Positions 24,869-38,910 are shown, counted from the stretch's first letter. The stretch is DNA of 64,000 bases from Callorhinchus milii (GCF_018977255.1 NW_024704755.1:5890001-5954000), one strand, 5' to 3'. Numbers and translations are program-made. The notes: generated by a model from the letters alone, not told the origin.

Positions 24869-27265
24869 TTATGTTAATGTATCCTCATGTCGTAAATATT
24901 CGCCAATATCAGCCTGGTGAAATACAACGACTGCCATTGGGTCTAATTTCCGACAGTCTTGAGTTGATTTTGCAGCAACTCCAAAGCCCTGGAGAAAATT
25001 AAGAAGATTTTTAAATTATGTAAATCGTACCAATGAACATTAATGGCATATTCTCAACATAGTCCTGAAAACCACATTGCCTATTTTGAAGGAAGGTCAT
25101 TTGTGAACAGACAATAAGAGTCTGCAGTAATAAGAGTTACCAGTCTGCAAGTTATACTCAAATGATTACTCAGGTGTTTATATTACCTTTGCTTACAAAT
25201 ACACAGGCAATAATCCTTAGCATATTCTTTTTCTGTTTATTTTAATGTTTGTTCAGAGTAAAAATGATCCTATCCTCTTGCTTACCAATGGAACGTCAGC
25301 CATGGAATAAACCACAACACCTTGATACTGAGCCGTGTTCTCCGTAATTCGGCCCAGACCAGATTTCAAAACGTGGTTTCCATACAGGAACGATTGTTCA
25401 GATCCAGGCTTCACCCATACTTTGTACTGAAATTAAAACAAACACATTGTGCATTTTAGCAATGAGGACTGCGTGTGTGTCATTTAAGAAACCGTCTTGT
25501 CTCATATTTTCATTTATTAACCATTTCTAACTACATAATTTACATTGACTTTTTGCTGCTACTCAATTGTCGGAACGTAGAGACACCTACCTTAGCATAG
25601 GGAGCAAGGTAGTCGAGAGCCGTTACATGCAATCGAAATTTTGATGTTTTGGTGAATTTCCCAAAGCATGTTCCTAATGAAACAAGTTTATTTCGAGGTA
25701 TACTTGTTGCCAGTTTCAGGATGGTCTCACTGTGGAAAAAAAACCTCAACAAATCAGGTAGGGAGCAAAACCTTCCCACCTAAAGTAGAAAGCATTGCAC
25801 AAATAAACTGCTATGAAGGGAAATCAAACTATTACATAAATCTGAACTCAGAACAACTGAATATGAACAAATTCTATCATCCCTTGTCACATACAGGATT
25901 CTTTAAAGTGAAGGTTTTCCCCCCCAGTCAGACCAAGTAACGTCAGGTCTCACTTCTTACCTGACGTAATAAATACGATCGTTGTGTAAACGGAAGCAGT
26001 AGGTTCCGTCAGGACGATCCACTAGCAGCTTAATATTCTCTCCAATGCTGAAGAAAAAAGTTTTGAAACAGTTAAAGTGCAAAATGACATATAGAATGAA
26101 TGAAATCAACCGTGAGCAAATCCGCAGATAAAAAATAAACATACCCCCACATTGAAATTTTGAGCTCAATTAAATTATAGTGCAGTACTCCGGGAATTTT
26201 GGAAGTGTCGTCCTTTGAATGAGATATTAAACCAAAATCTTGTATCCATGGATGACAAAGATCGTTTACTTTAATCAGACGGAGTAACCCACCTGTAAGC
26301 CGCCCGTATACAGAAATTTCCTTGTGCCTGGAATGAAATGTGCACACTTTTTTGGGGGGATGCACCCTTATTACTTAAAATTCTAAGAGTATGAGTCGTG
26401 TATCGGTGAGAAACGAAACTCTGGGTTTCCCCAGAGTATTACGCTGTTACATAATAAATAATCCTTGTTTTTAACCGCAGCACCTTATCACGCGGAGACG
26501 TCTCAAAACGCTTCACAGGATATACCTGTACCGTAAAATTCTACTGATCAGCCAGACTGGCCGGTCTATCAACACCCGCGTCCTGGAGTACCGCTGGGGC
26601 CGTCTGGCTCGGGGAATGGACCACCACAGCGGGGTACGCTGCCCAGCGTGTGCGCCTTGCGCCTGCCAGCCCACGCATCCTTCGCCTACGTCCTCCCGAG
26701 GAGGTCAGTCGCACGCCGGTCACTGAACTCCGAGGTGGTTCCGTGGGGCCCCCTCGCCAGCGCGAATCGCTGACAAATCCGCACCGGCTACACATCTGAC
26801 AGCGCGGTCGCCCCTTTCGCAAAAGCTTTTTTTTTTTCGGGGGGGGGGGGGGGCGGGGGAGAGGGAGGAGGAGAAACTTTAGGACTTTACATTTGCAGGT
26901 GATGTGGATTATTCCCTGGACCCCCCCCCATTTTTTATTCTGTTTCTTCTTAACCCTGTACAGCACCAGCCTGACCCCACGCCGTGAGAGGGGGGGGGGC
27001 AATGACCACCATGACACGGGAGGGAGAGAGAGAGAGAGAGACCTGACAGATCCAAAGCTTTCAACGCTCGGGCCCAGGGCCCCACGCGAGGCCCCGGTGT
27101 CCCCCCCCCCCCACCCTCTCCCTCTCTCCCTCTCCCTGTCCTCGGGCCTCCTCCAGTTCCTCACTCCCCGGTCTCGGGGCGGGGGGTCGGTCGGTCGGTC
27201 GGACACTCACTATCTTGAGAGCTTCTCGAACAGGAGCCGCGTTTCTTCCTCCGTCAGCGCCGCAT
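24869..27265 (-). CDS. NIP7: NIP7 copy 2 (1-bp deletion in exon 1 as assembled)
   Basis: Exons 27265-27211 (55 nt instead of 56; plus strand CAGCGCCGCAT vs CAGCGGCCGCAT in copy 1), 26047-25961, 25729-25591, 25426-25286, 24988-24869. Exons 2-5 match copy 1. Confidence 0.8.
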
Positions 27266-29810
27266 CCTCCTCCCCGGCACGTGGTGCGCTTCCCCCCCTC
27301 AGCCGCCTGTCCGCCCCGACCGCCTGTCCGCCCGACCGGAAACGGAACTCTGTGTCTGTGGTCGTTCCGTCCGGGCGGAAATCCGCGTCTCCCCGGCAAC
27401 CAACCAACCAACCGCCCGCCCCGCCCGCCCGCGGCTCCCGTCACAGTCGAGCGCAGCGTTTTTAAACCCATCGTTTGTAAATTAACGGCCGCTCAGCGGC
27501 GGCCACCGAGACTCTCTCTCTCTCTCTCTCTCCCTTCCTTCCTCCCTCCCTCCCTCGCATCCCGTTCCCTCCCTCCCTCCCTCCCTCCTCTGCTTTCCTT
27601 CCCTCTCTCCCTCCCCTCGGTTGAAGATGAGTGGAATCAGTGGAGAAATGAGGCAAAGGTGACACAGCAGAGCCCTGAGCCCCGGGTGTGTGTGGGGGGG
27701 GAAGAGAAGTGGGAGCTATGATTTGTTACCCGCCAGTTAGCCCCGGGTTACTGACTGTGTGTGGGGGGGGGCTGTGTGTGTGTTGGGGGCTGTGTGTGTG
27801 CGTGTTGGGGGGCTGTGTGTGGGGGGCTGTGTGTGTTGGGGGCTATGNNNNNNNNNNNNNNNNNNNNNNNNNNNNNNNNNNNNNNNNNNNNNNNNNNNNN
27901 NNNNNNNNNNNNNNNNNNNNNNNNNNNNNNNNNNNNNNNNNNNNNNNNNNNNNNNNNNNNNNNNNNNNNNNNNNNNNNNNNNNNNNNNNNNNGGGGGGCT
28001 GTGTGTTGGGGGGCTGTGTGTGTTGGGGGGCTGTGTGTGTGTTTGGGGGCTGTGTGTGTTTGGGGGCTGTGTGTGTGTTTGGGGGCTGTGTGTGTGTTGG
28101 GGGGCTGTGTGTGTGTTGGGGGGCTGTGTGTGTGTTGGGGGGGGGCTGTGTGTGTTGGGGGGCTGTGTGTGTTGGGGGCTGTGTGTGTGTTGGGGGGGGC
28201 TGTGTGTGTTGGGGGGGGCTGTGTGTGTGTTGGGGGGGCTGTGTGTGTGTTGGGGGGGCTGTGTGTGTGTCGGGGGGGGGGGCTGTGTGTGTGTTGGGGG
28301 GGGGCTGTGTGTGTGTTGGGGGGGGGGCTGTGTGTGTGTGGGGGGGGGGCTGTGTGTGTGTTGGGGGGGGGCTGTGTGTGTGTTGGGGGGTGGCTGTGTG
28401 TGTGTTGGGGGGGGCTGTTTGTGTGTTGGGGGGGGCTGTGTGTGTGTTGGGGGGGGGCTGTGTGTGTGTTGGGGGGGGGGCTGTGTGTGTGTTGGGGGGG
28501 CGGCTGTGTATGTGTTGGGGGGTGTCTGTGTGTGTGTTGGGGGGGGGGGGCTGTGTGTGTGTTAGGGGGGCTGTGTGTCGGTGGGGCTCTGTGTGTGTGT
28601 GTGTGTGTGTGTGTTTGGTGTCGGGGGAGGGGGGGGGTGCGGGGTGACAGCCGGAACCTTTCTCCTGGGTCCGTGGCGCCGCGTTTCCCGCTGGTCCGGT
28701 CCCCGGGCTCCGGCTTCCGGTTGTTTACTCTCCGTTCGGTCTCCGGGGCCTCAGTCGGACAGTCGGTGGTTGTTGAGGGGGAAAAAAAAAGCCGCGAAAC
28801 TAAATGTATGTTATAAACCAATAACATCGTATCAATAAAAAAAATGTGTTAACATTCCTTTATTTTACAATAATTTCGTTATTTTTTTTAAAAAAATTAA
28901 ATAACATCCCCTCCCCCCACACACCCCCTCACACACACACTCCCCCCCACACCCCCAACACACACACACACTCCCCCCCACACCCCCTCACACACACACA
29001 CTCAACATGAACGGAACAAACGGGGCCGCTTCGTGTCGGTGGCGATGGCCAGAAGATGGAGAAGCTGTCGGAGGGGCAGCGGCAGCGGTGGGTCCGGGAC
29101 CAGCAGCCGCGGCCTGAGGGCGAGGCGGCGGCGGCGGCCACACGAGCGGATTGTCGCGGGCCGGAGACAGGTCAGTGTCCCGGTCTGGCCTCCCCCCCCC
29201 CCCTCCCTCCCTCTCCCCTTCTCCCTCCAGATCACAACAATAATATATTTTAAAATGCAAAAGGGATTAAACGACGGCTTAAGGAAGGCTTCATCGCACA
29301 GCCCCCGGCGCTCCGGCTCGTGACAGGAGACCGAGAATCCGGGGAGGGAGGGAGGGAGGGAGGGCGGCTTTACACTCGGGCTCCAGCCCTCGGCACCTGT
29401 TCGGCTGCTCCGAGACCTCGGGCTCACTCCCTCCCTCACTCCCTCCCTCACTCTCTCCCTCCCTCACTCGATCCCGGTTTGATCCCCATCCCGATCCGCT
29501 CGCAAAGTCAGTGTGGGGGGGAGTGGGGGGGCGCTTCGGACCCGTCGTTCGCTCGGGCCGTCTTCCCCGCCGACGAGTCGCGACTTCTGCCAAAACTTTG
29601 CACACTCCATAAAAGCTGACGGCAGCGCCGGGGCCGCCACAGAGGGGAAGGGAGGGAGGGAGGGAGGGAGCCATCCCACTCAGCTCCTGCCCACCCCGCG
29701 AGGTAACGAGCCCTCGCTGGACATAGCAGAGCTCTATCGGCGACGGAGGCTGTGTAAGTTCCGACTGTGGTTAAACTCCCAACAGTACCCCCCCCCCCCC
29801 CACACACACA
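26540..29810. promoter_or_regulatory. CpG island / probable bidirectional NIP7-ZNF276 promoter (copy 2)
   Basis: Duplicate of 13740-17150. Confidence 0.6.
27755..28620. repeat. Compound G-run/(GT)n minisatellite, copy 2
   Basis: Many visible GGGGG(G)nCTGTGTGTGTGTT units; N gap at 27848-27991. Confidence 0.9.
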
Positions 29811-32800
29811 CAGTGATGGCTAAGAGTAATTTTTTAAAAAAATGACCCTCAACAAACTCACGCATGAACTGCAATAGGGCATACGATCGGCTTCCATCAA
29901 TCTGATGGGTTTGTTGGCGACTGACTTTGTTGGCGACTGACTGCTGATTTATTGTTTTGTAAAATAACCCGCGGTGGGGGGTGGTGGGGGGGGGTGGTGG
30001 GGGGGGGGTGGTGGGGGGGGTGGAGGGGGTGGGGGGGGGGGGGTGGAGGGGGGTGGGGGGGGGGGGGGGTGGAGGAGGTGGTGGGGGGGGGGTGGAGGGG
30101 GGTGGAGGAGGTGGGGGGGGGGGGGTGTGAGCAGAGAGAAGTCGAGACAGTTTGATGATGAAGAAGCTGCAATGTACTTTTTTGTGTGGTGCACGTGAGA
30201 AGCTTCGGTCTGGCAGATTGTACGAGAGAGGTTACAACGATAGTGTTCCAGTACGTGGTCTTCCCGGATGTTCCAGGAACTCCACGTACTTGAAGGACTC
30301 AACCGGCCGCTGACCCCCCCACCCCCCCCCCCCCCGTTCCCCCCTTTTTTGAAGATGCATAACCAACTTAAATTAACTTTCCGTTAATGGCCACTATTCG
30401 AACAAAAGCCGGAGAAGCACAGGAAGGACCGAGATTTGGTGGAGTGGCGCAATATCAAAGGTTTACACTTGCACTTACACTTGGAAGTGCAGGTCCAAGT
30501 TGTCCAATAGACAGGCGTTTGGGAGATGCAGCTATTGCAATGGTTATGGTCATGTCAGACAGTCTAGTCCTTGATCCCCTTAACATTCAACAAGTATTTG
30601 CAACAGATCAGCTCCGAAGTGCCAAGAGGCACCAGTGATATTCGCTTGTCTTACATCAATAGATTCTGTGATTTCCTGAAGGAAATCAGATGAACTACTG
30701 AACCGTAACTTGGAAAATCTGAAGAATCAGTGACTGAGTCTCCTTATCTATGATCCCAGAGTTTATTTGTAGGACATCCAGCAGCTTGATGAGAACTCCA
30801 TCGCCAGTGAAATCAAAGTCTTTAAATATCTAACCTCACAAGAATGCTTCCCACATAGAGAATTTTGATGTAGAGCTAATATCCAGCAACTCAGTGGTGC
30901 ACCACCCTAATACAGCAATGTGCTGTAGCACCAAAATCCTTTTCGCATCTTTTAAATACTGTATCTAAGGGAAGAAATAATACTATTTTGATTTGTAAAA
31001 CTAATTGCTAGTTTCAATATTTTAGCGAGTACCCCAGAAATGGATTTCTTTCAAAGTGCCTTTCCTAAATGTCAGCAATTTAATACACACGATGAACTAA
31101 CTTCCTTAAATATTAGTTCTCAGCATAATTTACATAAAATAACAAATGGTAAATTTTTAAACAAAATTTCCTCCCCCTTTTCTATCAGCTGCACCTATTG
31201 TTGTGACCACCAGCTATTGCCGCCTCTGCCATGGCAAGTTTTCCTCCAGGAGTTTGCGGAATGTCTTTGCAAAGGTTCCTCTGATTGACACAAATCCAGA
31301 GAGGCAGCGAAGAGCACAACAAACTTTCTGTGCCGATTTCCAGAGGCTGGTTGGCATTGTGGTAAGGCAGGATCCCACCTTGCCCCAGTTTATCTGCAGA
31401 AACTGTCACGCTCAGTTTTATAAATGCCGGAGTATCCTGCGAAATTTCATTCAACGAGTGAATTCTTCTCCCGTGGCTCCCGTACAGCGAGGACAAGAGG
31501 CGGGCAGGTACCTGAAGACCAGATGATTAATGTGTGTGTTATTTAATGTGTGTGTTATTTAATGTCACTAATGTACATAGTTAATTTATAACGTGTGCAG
31601 TACTCTACACCTGAGTGTCTGTTATACACAAGTATAACTTGAAAAGAAAATGTTGAAAAGTATATTCAGCTATTATTTAGCATCTCCAGTCCAGTATTGG
31701 TCGGCTGAAGAAGGCACTGTGTCTCTATCTTAGTCTTGTTTTTATTTATTGTCTTGTTACACCACATTAGCCTTACACTCATTTGGGGTGAAGGAACTTG
31801 TACTTTCTTTGATATCGTTTCCCACTTGTGTCTTGATTGATAGCTTAGGTCTTCACAGTCAGACGGGTGGATGGGTGGGATAATTAATTGGGTAAATAGA
31901 AAGCATTGAAAGCTTCACTAAATATAATTGTATGTTTTGACCACATTTCAAAAAATGCATAAAGGTAAGAGGCTTTTTTAAATTTTTTTTAGTATTTTGT
32001 GATAGGTTTCTTTACTCCTTAGAAAGATCAGCAGATGATAGATAAGTTACTATTTTTTTTCATCGTCAACTGTAACTGAACAAAGAGCAACATTGATGTT
32101 AATTGTCAGAGCATTCCATATAAATGCCCTTTTTATTAGCTACTGGATCAAGGCATAATTTGCCCACAGCAAATAGGAATTTAACTCACTGTTGTTTCAC
32201 ATTTTGAATAAATGGGAGTTTTTGTGTTGTACAATCATAAATAATAATCCTTGCATTTCATATAGCGCTTTCCACTTCGGGGGGACATTGCAAAGCATTT
32301 CATAGGATATACTGTAAAGTGTAGCAATTGTATTTTGTAGGCGAACATACAAGAAGGGCATGTAGTTTATAAGTGCAGTAAATTTTACATTTTCAACCTC
32401 AGTTGAATGTAATGATTTTTTTTCTATTGTAGGTTTTTTGCAGCCACTGAAATGTCATTCACACCATCACTTTCACAGCCTCCATTAGGTGATTCAATTC
32501 CTGGTAAGTGAACCAGAGCGCAGTGCACAATTAGCTGGGTGTTTCACCTATATTAGTCGAGAAATGAAGTGTAGAACGAATTGGAAATTGCTGATAATAT
32601 TTTCTGTTTGCATAGTACCAGGCATCATAATGACTCATTTTTGAATGTTCAGTTATTGTTTACGATTTATAGGAAAATGCAAAAATAATTATGTAGCACA
32701 AATGTTTACTAAACATAGGAGGTTTCATTTATTTTGAAACGCGCTGCTTCAATCTACAGTACTGGATGTGGTACAGATTGTTTTATTTGCTTCTGATTTT

Positions 32801-35800
32801 TTTTAGATATCAAACATATGCTAAATGATAGACTCTTAAGTGCAAGCCCACAATGTCTGCAGATTCTAGTCACTTGGGCTCACCATCATGGCAGTAGCTG
32901 CAAATCCACACCGAGCCTTCAGAGCGTCTTATCTGCAGAGTATCGTGGAGTGGTTGGAGCTGTGTGGGGCTGCCAGGAGGGGCACAGTTATATCCTGGAC
33001 ACACATTTAAATCACAGTGTTTCACTTAGTGAAGAGCACTGCCCACGCAAAGAGAATAATGATCCAGTGAAAGAGGAAATTGTGGAGAGCACATCATCAC
33101 GCCTGTCTTCCCAGAATGGATCGGGCCCCGAAAATGGCGAGGGCAGGTCTATCTCGAAGCCTCAGCCAGTCCCAGTGTCACTTTGGTCGTTAGACTGCCA
33201 GCCTTGTACACACAGTGGGGTTGGTTCACAGCCAGCAGACACAGACAATTCAGGCCAATCGTCATTGAACAAGGACATGTTTTTACGATCACAGCCTGTT
33301 GGTGTTGAATGCTCTTGGGAAACACTTCACTTGCAGGATGCTACTCGGGTTTTAAAAGCAAAAGGTAAGAGCTTTATTTAAATGCTAGTTTTCAAGTTTT
33401 ATTTAAATGCACTAAAATAACTAAACTTGCAGTAAAATGAAAAGCTGAAACGTAACTGGAGCAATGACACAAACCAGCAGCTGGTACATTATTTTGAAGT
33501 CTGTTAATGAGATGATGTGAAAACAGTGTAATAAACGCACTTGTTGGGAACTCCTCCTACTTGCTGTTGATATAACTATATACTGTATTAGAACGTGTTA
33601 AGCCTTGCCTCCCGCATAACCAAAATTATCCATTGCCTCTGAAAGACAAATTCCTGTCAGAGGTGAAGAGATCCTATTAAAAGGTTAAGTCTGCACTGAC
33701 ATTTATGCAGAAGTTAACTGCATGTCAGAGTGGTTTATTTTTATTACTCTTTAAAGATGCAGTGTCACTGTTTGTACCTCTTATGCCAACATCAGAGAAG
33801 TGACTTGCCTCAGGAATGGCCTTGCAGATTGAATGCTACAAGCAGGTTTTTTGTTTTTAGAGTTGATTTCTGATTCTGATTTTAGAGTTAATTTTATCTG
33901 ATGAAAGGATCAAGTACTGCGATACTTGGTGTTAATGGCTTGGTAATCGTGCTTAATGTAGCCACGAAAACTTGTTCCGCTTTGTTTCTTGCTCTACCCT
34001 AACTGTTGTAACAATTTTTTTTACTTTCGTCACCAATAGGTCAAATGAGCTGCAACAAAGCATCGTGTTCCATTATGGTTGATGCCGCTGATGGGTTAGA
34101 GTCCAGTGATCTCTCTGATAGGTAGGAGTCATTACTGCCAGCGGTGTTTCTACTGAGACAATGTACAACGTTCAGTTGAAAGTTTCGCTTGGAACTCAGA
34201 TCTTCATGCTCCGTGATTGCAAGAACTCTAAGAGCTCTAGCTAATGTTTAATTTGTGATGTTGCTTCATATAATATAATTCAGATTTGCTGAACAGCCAG
34301 CAGCAGCCTTTAAAAGGTTTAACAATTAAGACTGTTGTAAATTGCCGAGTGATCCAGCAATTCAAGCGTGAGAATGGAAAGGGAATTCAAAGGCTTCAAT
34401 TGGAACTATATCTTTTACCTCTTCCTATTAATTTTGTTCTTTGTAGATATCTGTCAAGTGAAGAAGACCAAGGGGAACAAATGAAGAGTGGCTCCTCAGA
34501 TGAGTCCTTTCAGCCGCACTGGGAGAAGAAGTGAGTCCTCGACAAGCTAAACTGCAAAACCTTCACCTTTTATAGGCCAAACTTAACTTAGATTTGCACT
34601 AAGTACTTCCCAAGTGGCATTCGTATATTAATATATGGATTTGTTTGAACTTCTGTTTTGCTTCTTCGGTGTGTGTCATTCTCTGATTGCTAGTTAAGGA
34701 GAATACACAACTGTTTGAAAATTACTGAAGTGGATTGAAAAGGCTCCTTGTACAAACTACAACAGTGAAATCACTGGTGCACGAAACTAAATTTTCAACT
34801 CAGCCATGAATGTGATTTAATCTCGTCTCCCATCAGTTAGTCCAGAGAGCAGCTTTTTAAAAAAACTTTAGGAGCATAACGACAGTGAGATGACTGTCCC
34901 TGTGAAGGCTTAGCATTGAAAATCACGATTATTGTTAGGACTTTGAGCACAGAAAATATGCTTTCATACCTCCTGGGATTTGTGTATGTGTTTGTGGAAG
35001 GGGAGGGTACTGGTGAATGGGCAGATTTTTGTTGAAAATACAATTCGAATATCGGGTACAATGTAAGGTATAGATAAGTAGATAAGATTGATTTAGTTTG
35101 ATTTAAGCACGTGTTCTTAGGCAAACACAGCAGTCAATTTACACACAGCGATGTCCCACAAACGGCCACGAACAGAATGTCAAGTTGTTCTTTGGGAGAT
35201 TGTTGCCCAGGACACTGGGAGAATCTCCTCTGTTTGAGTTGCATCTTGGGATTGTTAATGTCCATCTGGACCAGCATCTAATAAAGAACGTTGTTACACT
35301 GGCAAACGAGGCTGCTAATCTGTATCAACAATGTCCCAATAACAATGAGGGAAAATAAAATTTGAGGAAGGCAGAGAAAAGGGAAACATTTTTTTAAAAT
35401 CTGGAAAATAAAGGATAAGAGGGAGGTGGTTTGTACAGAGGGTTAGAAGCCTAGGTTAGGCACTGTCTATCCCACTGTATGTTTGTTTTTCTTTCTGTGG
35501 GTCTTTGAATGGTAACATGTAGATAGAGAGATAGTTAATTATTCACATAATTCTGCAGACATTACCCTGATGGTTCGACATCAACAGTTCTTCAGTACGT
35601 GGACAGTTTCCAACTCAGTTTGAAACAGGTGCAAACGAAAAGCTGAACAATAATGTATGTTCTTTTCTTTCAGTAAGATACCCAATAAAAAATGTGATCG
35701 TAAAGAAGTCAAGAAACCAACAGGGCAAAAGCGAGGCCGCAAACCTAAACTGAATTCTGAAAGGTACTTACATTTCTTCTGGATAGGAAAGAGGGCTGGC

Positions 35801-37719
35801 TGATATCCTGTGCCTTTATCGGTTCCTTAGTTTCATGTGATTGTGATTTGTAGGAACCACAGATTTATCATTTGAATCTTATAGTGTAATTTTGGAAGTC
35901 AATTTTATAATCCAGGTATCCTTATAGATACATTAAACTGAACTGATTGATACACCAGAATGAATAATTTGGAGGTGAACGTGTGCTTTTTTCAGGGAAG
36001 ATCTGCCCACCATGTACAGATGTCAGTACAAGGGTTGTTGTGCAGTTTACAGAGGAGCTGATGGACTGAAGGTAAAACCACACTTGAAACTAGATAACAC
36101 TTGGAATTGATGCCACATGATTTTATAACACTGTTTCAGATCAGTTTTAAAACTTTCTTGGAGTTATTTGGTAGTTGCTAGGTGGTCCTGAACTCTAGAA
36201 GGTACATTGGGTTAATTTCAAGTGTTATTTTTGTGCTGAGCTTGTTTCTGTTAATCTGGTTTGTTTTAATACAAAAACTTCCCTTGGAGTTTTGTTTTCT
36301 TCTGATATTTACTGGATAGATCTGAAGCCTGTATGCTTTCGCGCTCTGAGATGCTACCGGGTGAAAGGTGCTATATAAAAGCAAGTTGTTGTTGTAAGTC
36401 TTTTATTGGTGTGTTGGGTCACTCTTTCAGCCATCCATTCTGCTAAACAGCGGTAGACAGATTGTGTACAAAGCTCAGGCATAGTAATAATCGACTGTTC
36501 AAAGCTATGGCTTGGCTTCTATATGGATGGATTATATTTGTAACTGAAATGGTCATCTTTACATACGTTTGGCCTGTCAAAAGATAGTAGCAAAGTATTT
36601 CGAGTTCAGTAACTAGGACCAGAGAAGCTGGGAATGACTTGCTGTTAAACGATAATGAAGATGTGATGGTTGCTGAATTCCACATTTTCTGCTGAGTAAA
36701 CCAATTTTTTCAATTTTAGAAACACATAAAAGAACATCACGAAGAGGTGCGTGAACGACCCTGCCCGCACCCAGGGTGCAACAAGGTGTTTCTGATCGAT
36801 CGTTACCTACAACGTCACGTGAAGCTCATTCACACAGGTATAAGAATTTATATTGATCGGTTCCCTGGTTCTTCTGGTCTGGTAATTCAGTATATCGGCT
36901 AAGTTAGAAAGATGCCTATTCATGTATTGTATTACTCCTTCATTACTTGTTCTTGAAGGCAAGCAGGGATGTATTTAGCCAAGTGCAGTGCCCAGAGTAG
37001 ATCTGCTTTCAGGTTTGTACTAAAACACAATTTTGTTGTCCTTACAGAGGAGAGGAATTACATCTGTGATGAGTGTGGACAAACATTCAAACAGCGAAAG
37101 CATCTTTCAGTTCATCAAATGCGCCACTCAGGAGCAAAACCTCTACAGTAAGTATTGGAACTCTGAATATATTTTTAAAAATGCAGTTATAAAAATGACC
37201 ATGCATTAGTAAAGATGTTATCAATCTGGGCAAAGCCTGGCACAATGGTGTGTGTATCGCAGGTTTTGATTATTTTAATGATTTCTCAAAACATTAACCA
37301 TCTTATTCAGAAACGTGACTTTTGCCATCGTGAGGAATTTCCAACTTGAATTGTCGCACTCGACGTCAATGGGACTGCGAGAGTGACAGGTTATCAATGG
37401 CATCTAATAATATTTCATTTGGAGGGTATAATCTGGATTGTCTGTTTCCCCCACACCTCCCCTTTACAGGTGTGAAATTTGTGGTTTCCAGTGCAGACAA
37501 AGAGCATCCCTGAAGTACCACATGACGAAGCACAAGGCAGAGGCTGAACTTGATTTTGCCTGTGACCAGTGTGGGAAGCGGTTTGAAAAGGCGCACAATC
37601 TGAACGTTCACATGTCTATGGTTCACCCTTTGACCCAGAACACAGATAAAAACAAACCAACTGAGACTGCTGAAAAAGAATTAACGAACAAGACATTCAC
37701 TGACCAGGATCCCAGTTAG
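29007..37719 (+). CDS. ZNF276: Zinc finger protein 276 (ZAD/zf-AD plus five C2H2 fingers), ~638 aa; exon 1 has 1-bp deletions in this copy
   Basis: Exons 29007-29170, 31189-31507 (YCRLCHGKFSSRSLR..DFQRLVG..RQDPTL..ICRNCHAQFYKC, ZAD), 32433-32503, 32807-33364, 34040-34121, 34447-34530, 35674-35763, 35996-36071 (EDLPTMYRCQYKGC.AVYRGADG), 36720-36837 (HIKEHHEEVRERPCPHPGCNKVF), 37048-37147 (YICDECGQTFKQRKHL), 37470-37719 (CEICGFQCRQRASLKYHMTKH..CDQCGKRFEKAHNLNVHMSMVH). Phases are consistent if the intact exon 1 of copy 1 is used. Confidence 0.94.
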
Positions 37720-38766
37720 TGAACAGTTACCTGCTAGCAAAGGACCCATGTACACAGTAAGATATGGAATATTTACACCTCATGGTTTTTCAGTGTCAGC
37801 AGGACCTGCGTTGGAACAGATTGACCTTTTACTTATTTGAACAACAGGGAACCCAGATTCAACAACAAAAAAAACTCATCAAACGGCATCAATTTCCTTT
37901 CAAATGTAACTACATGTACCTAACAAACTTAGGTGTCTAAGTGCCAAGCTCTACTTGCTGTTTATAGCTTTGAAATGTAGATTTGGATAACCAATAATTG
38001 TTAACTTGCAGATAAGAGATTTGGATGAGTTGTCTGAGGACGTTGCTTATAATTACACTGATTTAAAACAGATTTGCAACTGAATGAGTATCGTGCTTAA
38101 TGAGAGTACTGGAAGAGGGTTTGATTGATTTCCCACTGATTGCCTTCCATTTCACTTCTGTTAGCCAGTGAGCACAATTCTGGCTTGAATGTAGATAGTT
38201 TGTGTAGTTCATTGAATACCCAGACCTCAAAAAGGGAACTGATTTTACACAATGAGCTTTCAGCCCCTTAGCTAGATTATTGAATAACTCTTTAAGTATG
38301 AAATCAATGTGATGGTTGCTGAGGTTGGACAGAAATGTTATCACCGACAGATAAGTTACGCAGAATGCTATCATCAAATTGGCATTCTAGCACTAAATAC
38401 ATTTAAATATAATTTTACTAACTATTGCCTCATTTATTCACTTATTTAAATAATGTTTAATGTAATCCTGCTAAGAGCCCACTTTGGTGCTGGCAGTAAA
38501 CAGATTCTGGAGAGTGAAGCAACAATAACAACTTGAATTTAGATAGCGCCCTTCATGCAGAGTAGTGTCTCAGTGCGTTGGCAGATGTAAGCATCAATCG
38601 TGAAAGTACTAAAACAAATTGAGGTGCCTTCGCTGTGAACATGCAGTGCAAGAGCAGGGCAAGATTCACATTCACTTAATATGACTTTCTTTGGAGCATT
38701 TTTTCAGCTGACAATACAATTTTTTCTGAAGGGCTACCTGATTTTGCTATGGATCAACAGAATATA

Positions 38767-38910
38767 GTGTGTGTGTGTGTATATATATATAGATATATAT
38801 GTAGTGTGTGTGTATATATATATATATATAGATATATATAGTGTATGTGTATACATTTTGTGTGTATTTTTTATATATTTATACATTTTATATATATACA
38901 CACAACATAC
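38767..38910. repeat. (TG)n/(TA)n compound microsatellite downstream of the ZNF276 stop
   Basis: Visible GTGTGT/ATATAT runs. Confidence 0.85.

Larger units (their letters stand above)
21654..34242. repeat. Tandem segmental duplication, copy 2
   Basis: Near-identical to 8846-21552. Differences are mostly 1-bp indels in short runs, plus some SNPs and a few small indels. Confidence 0.95.
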
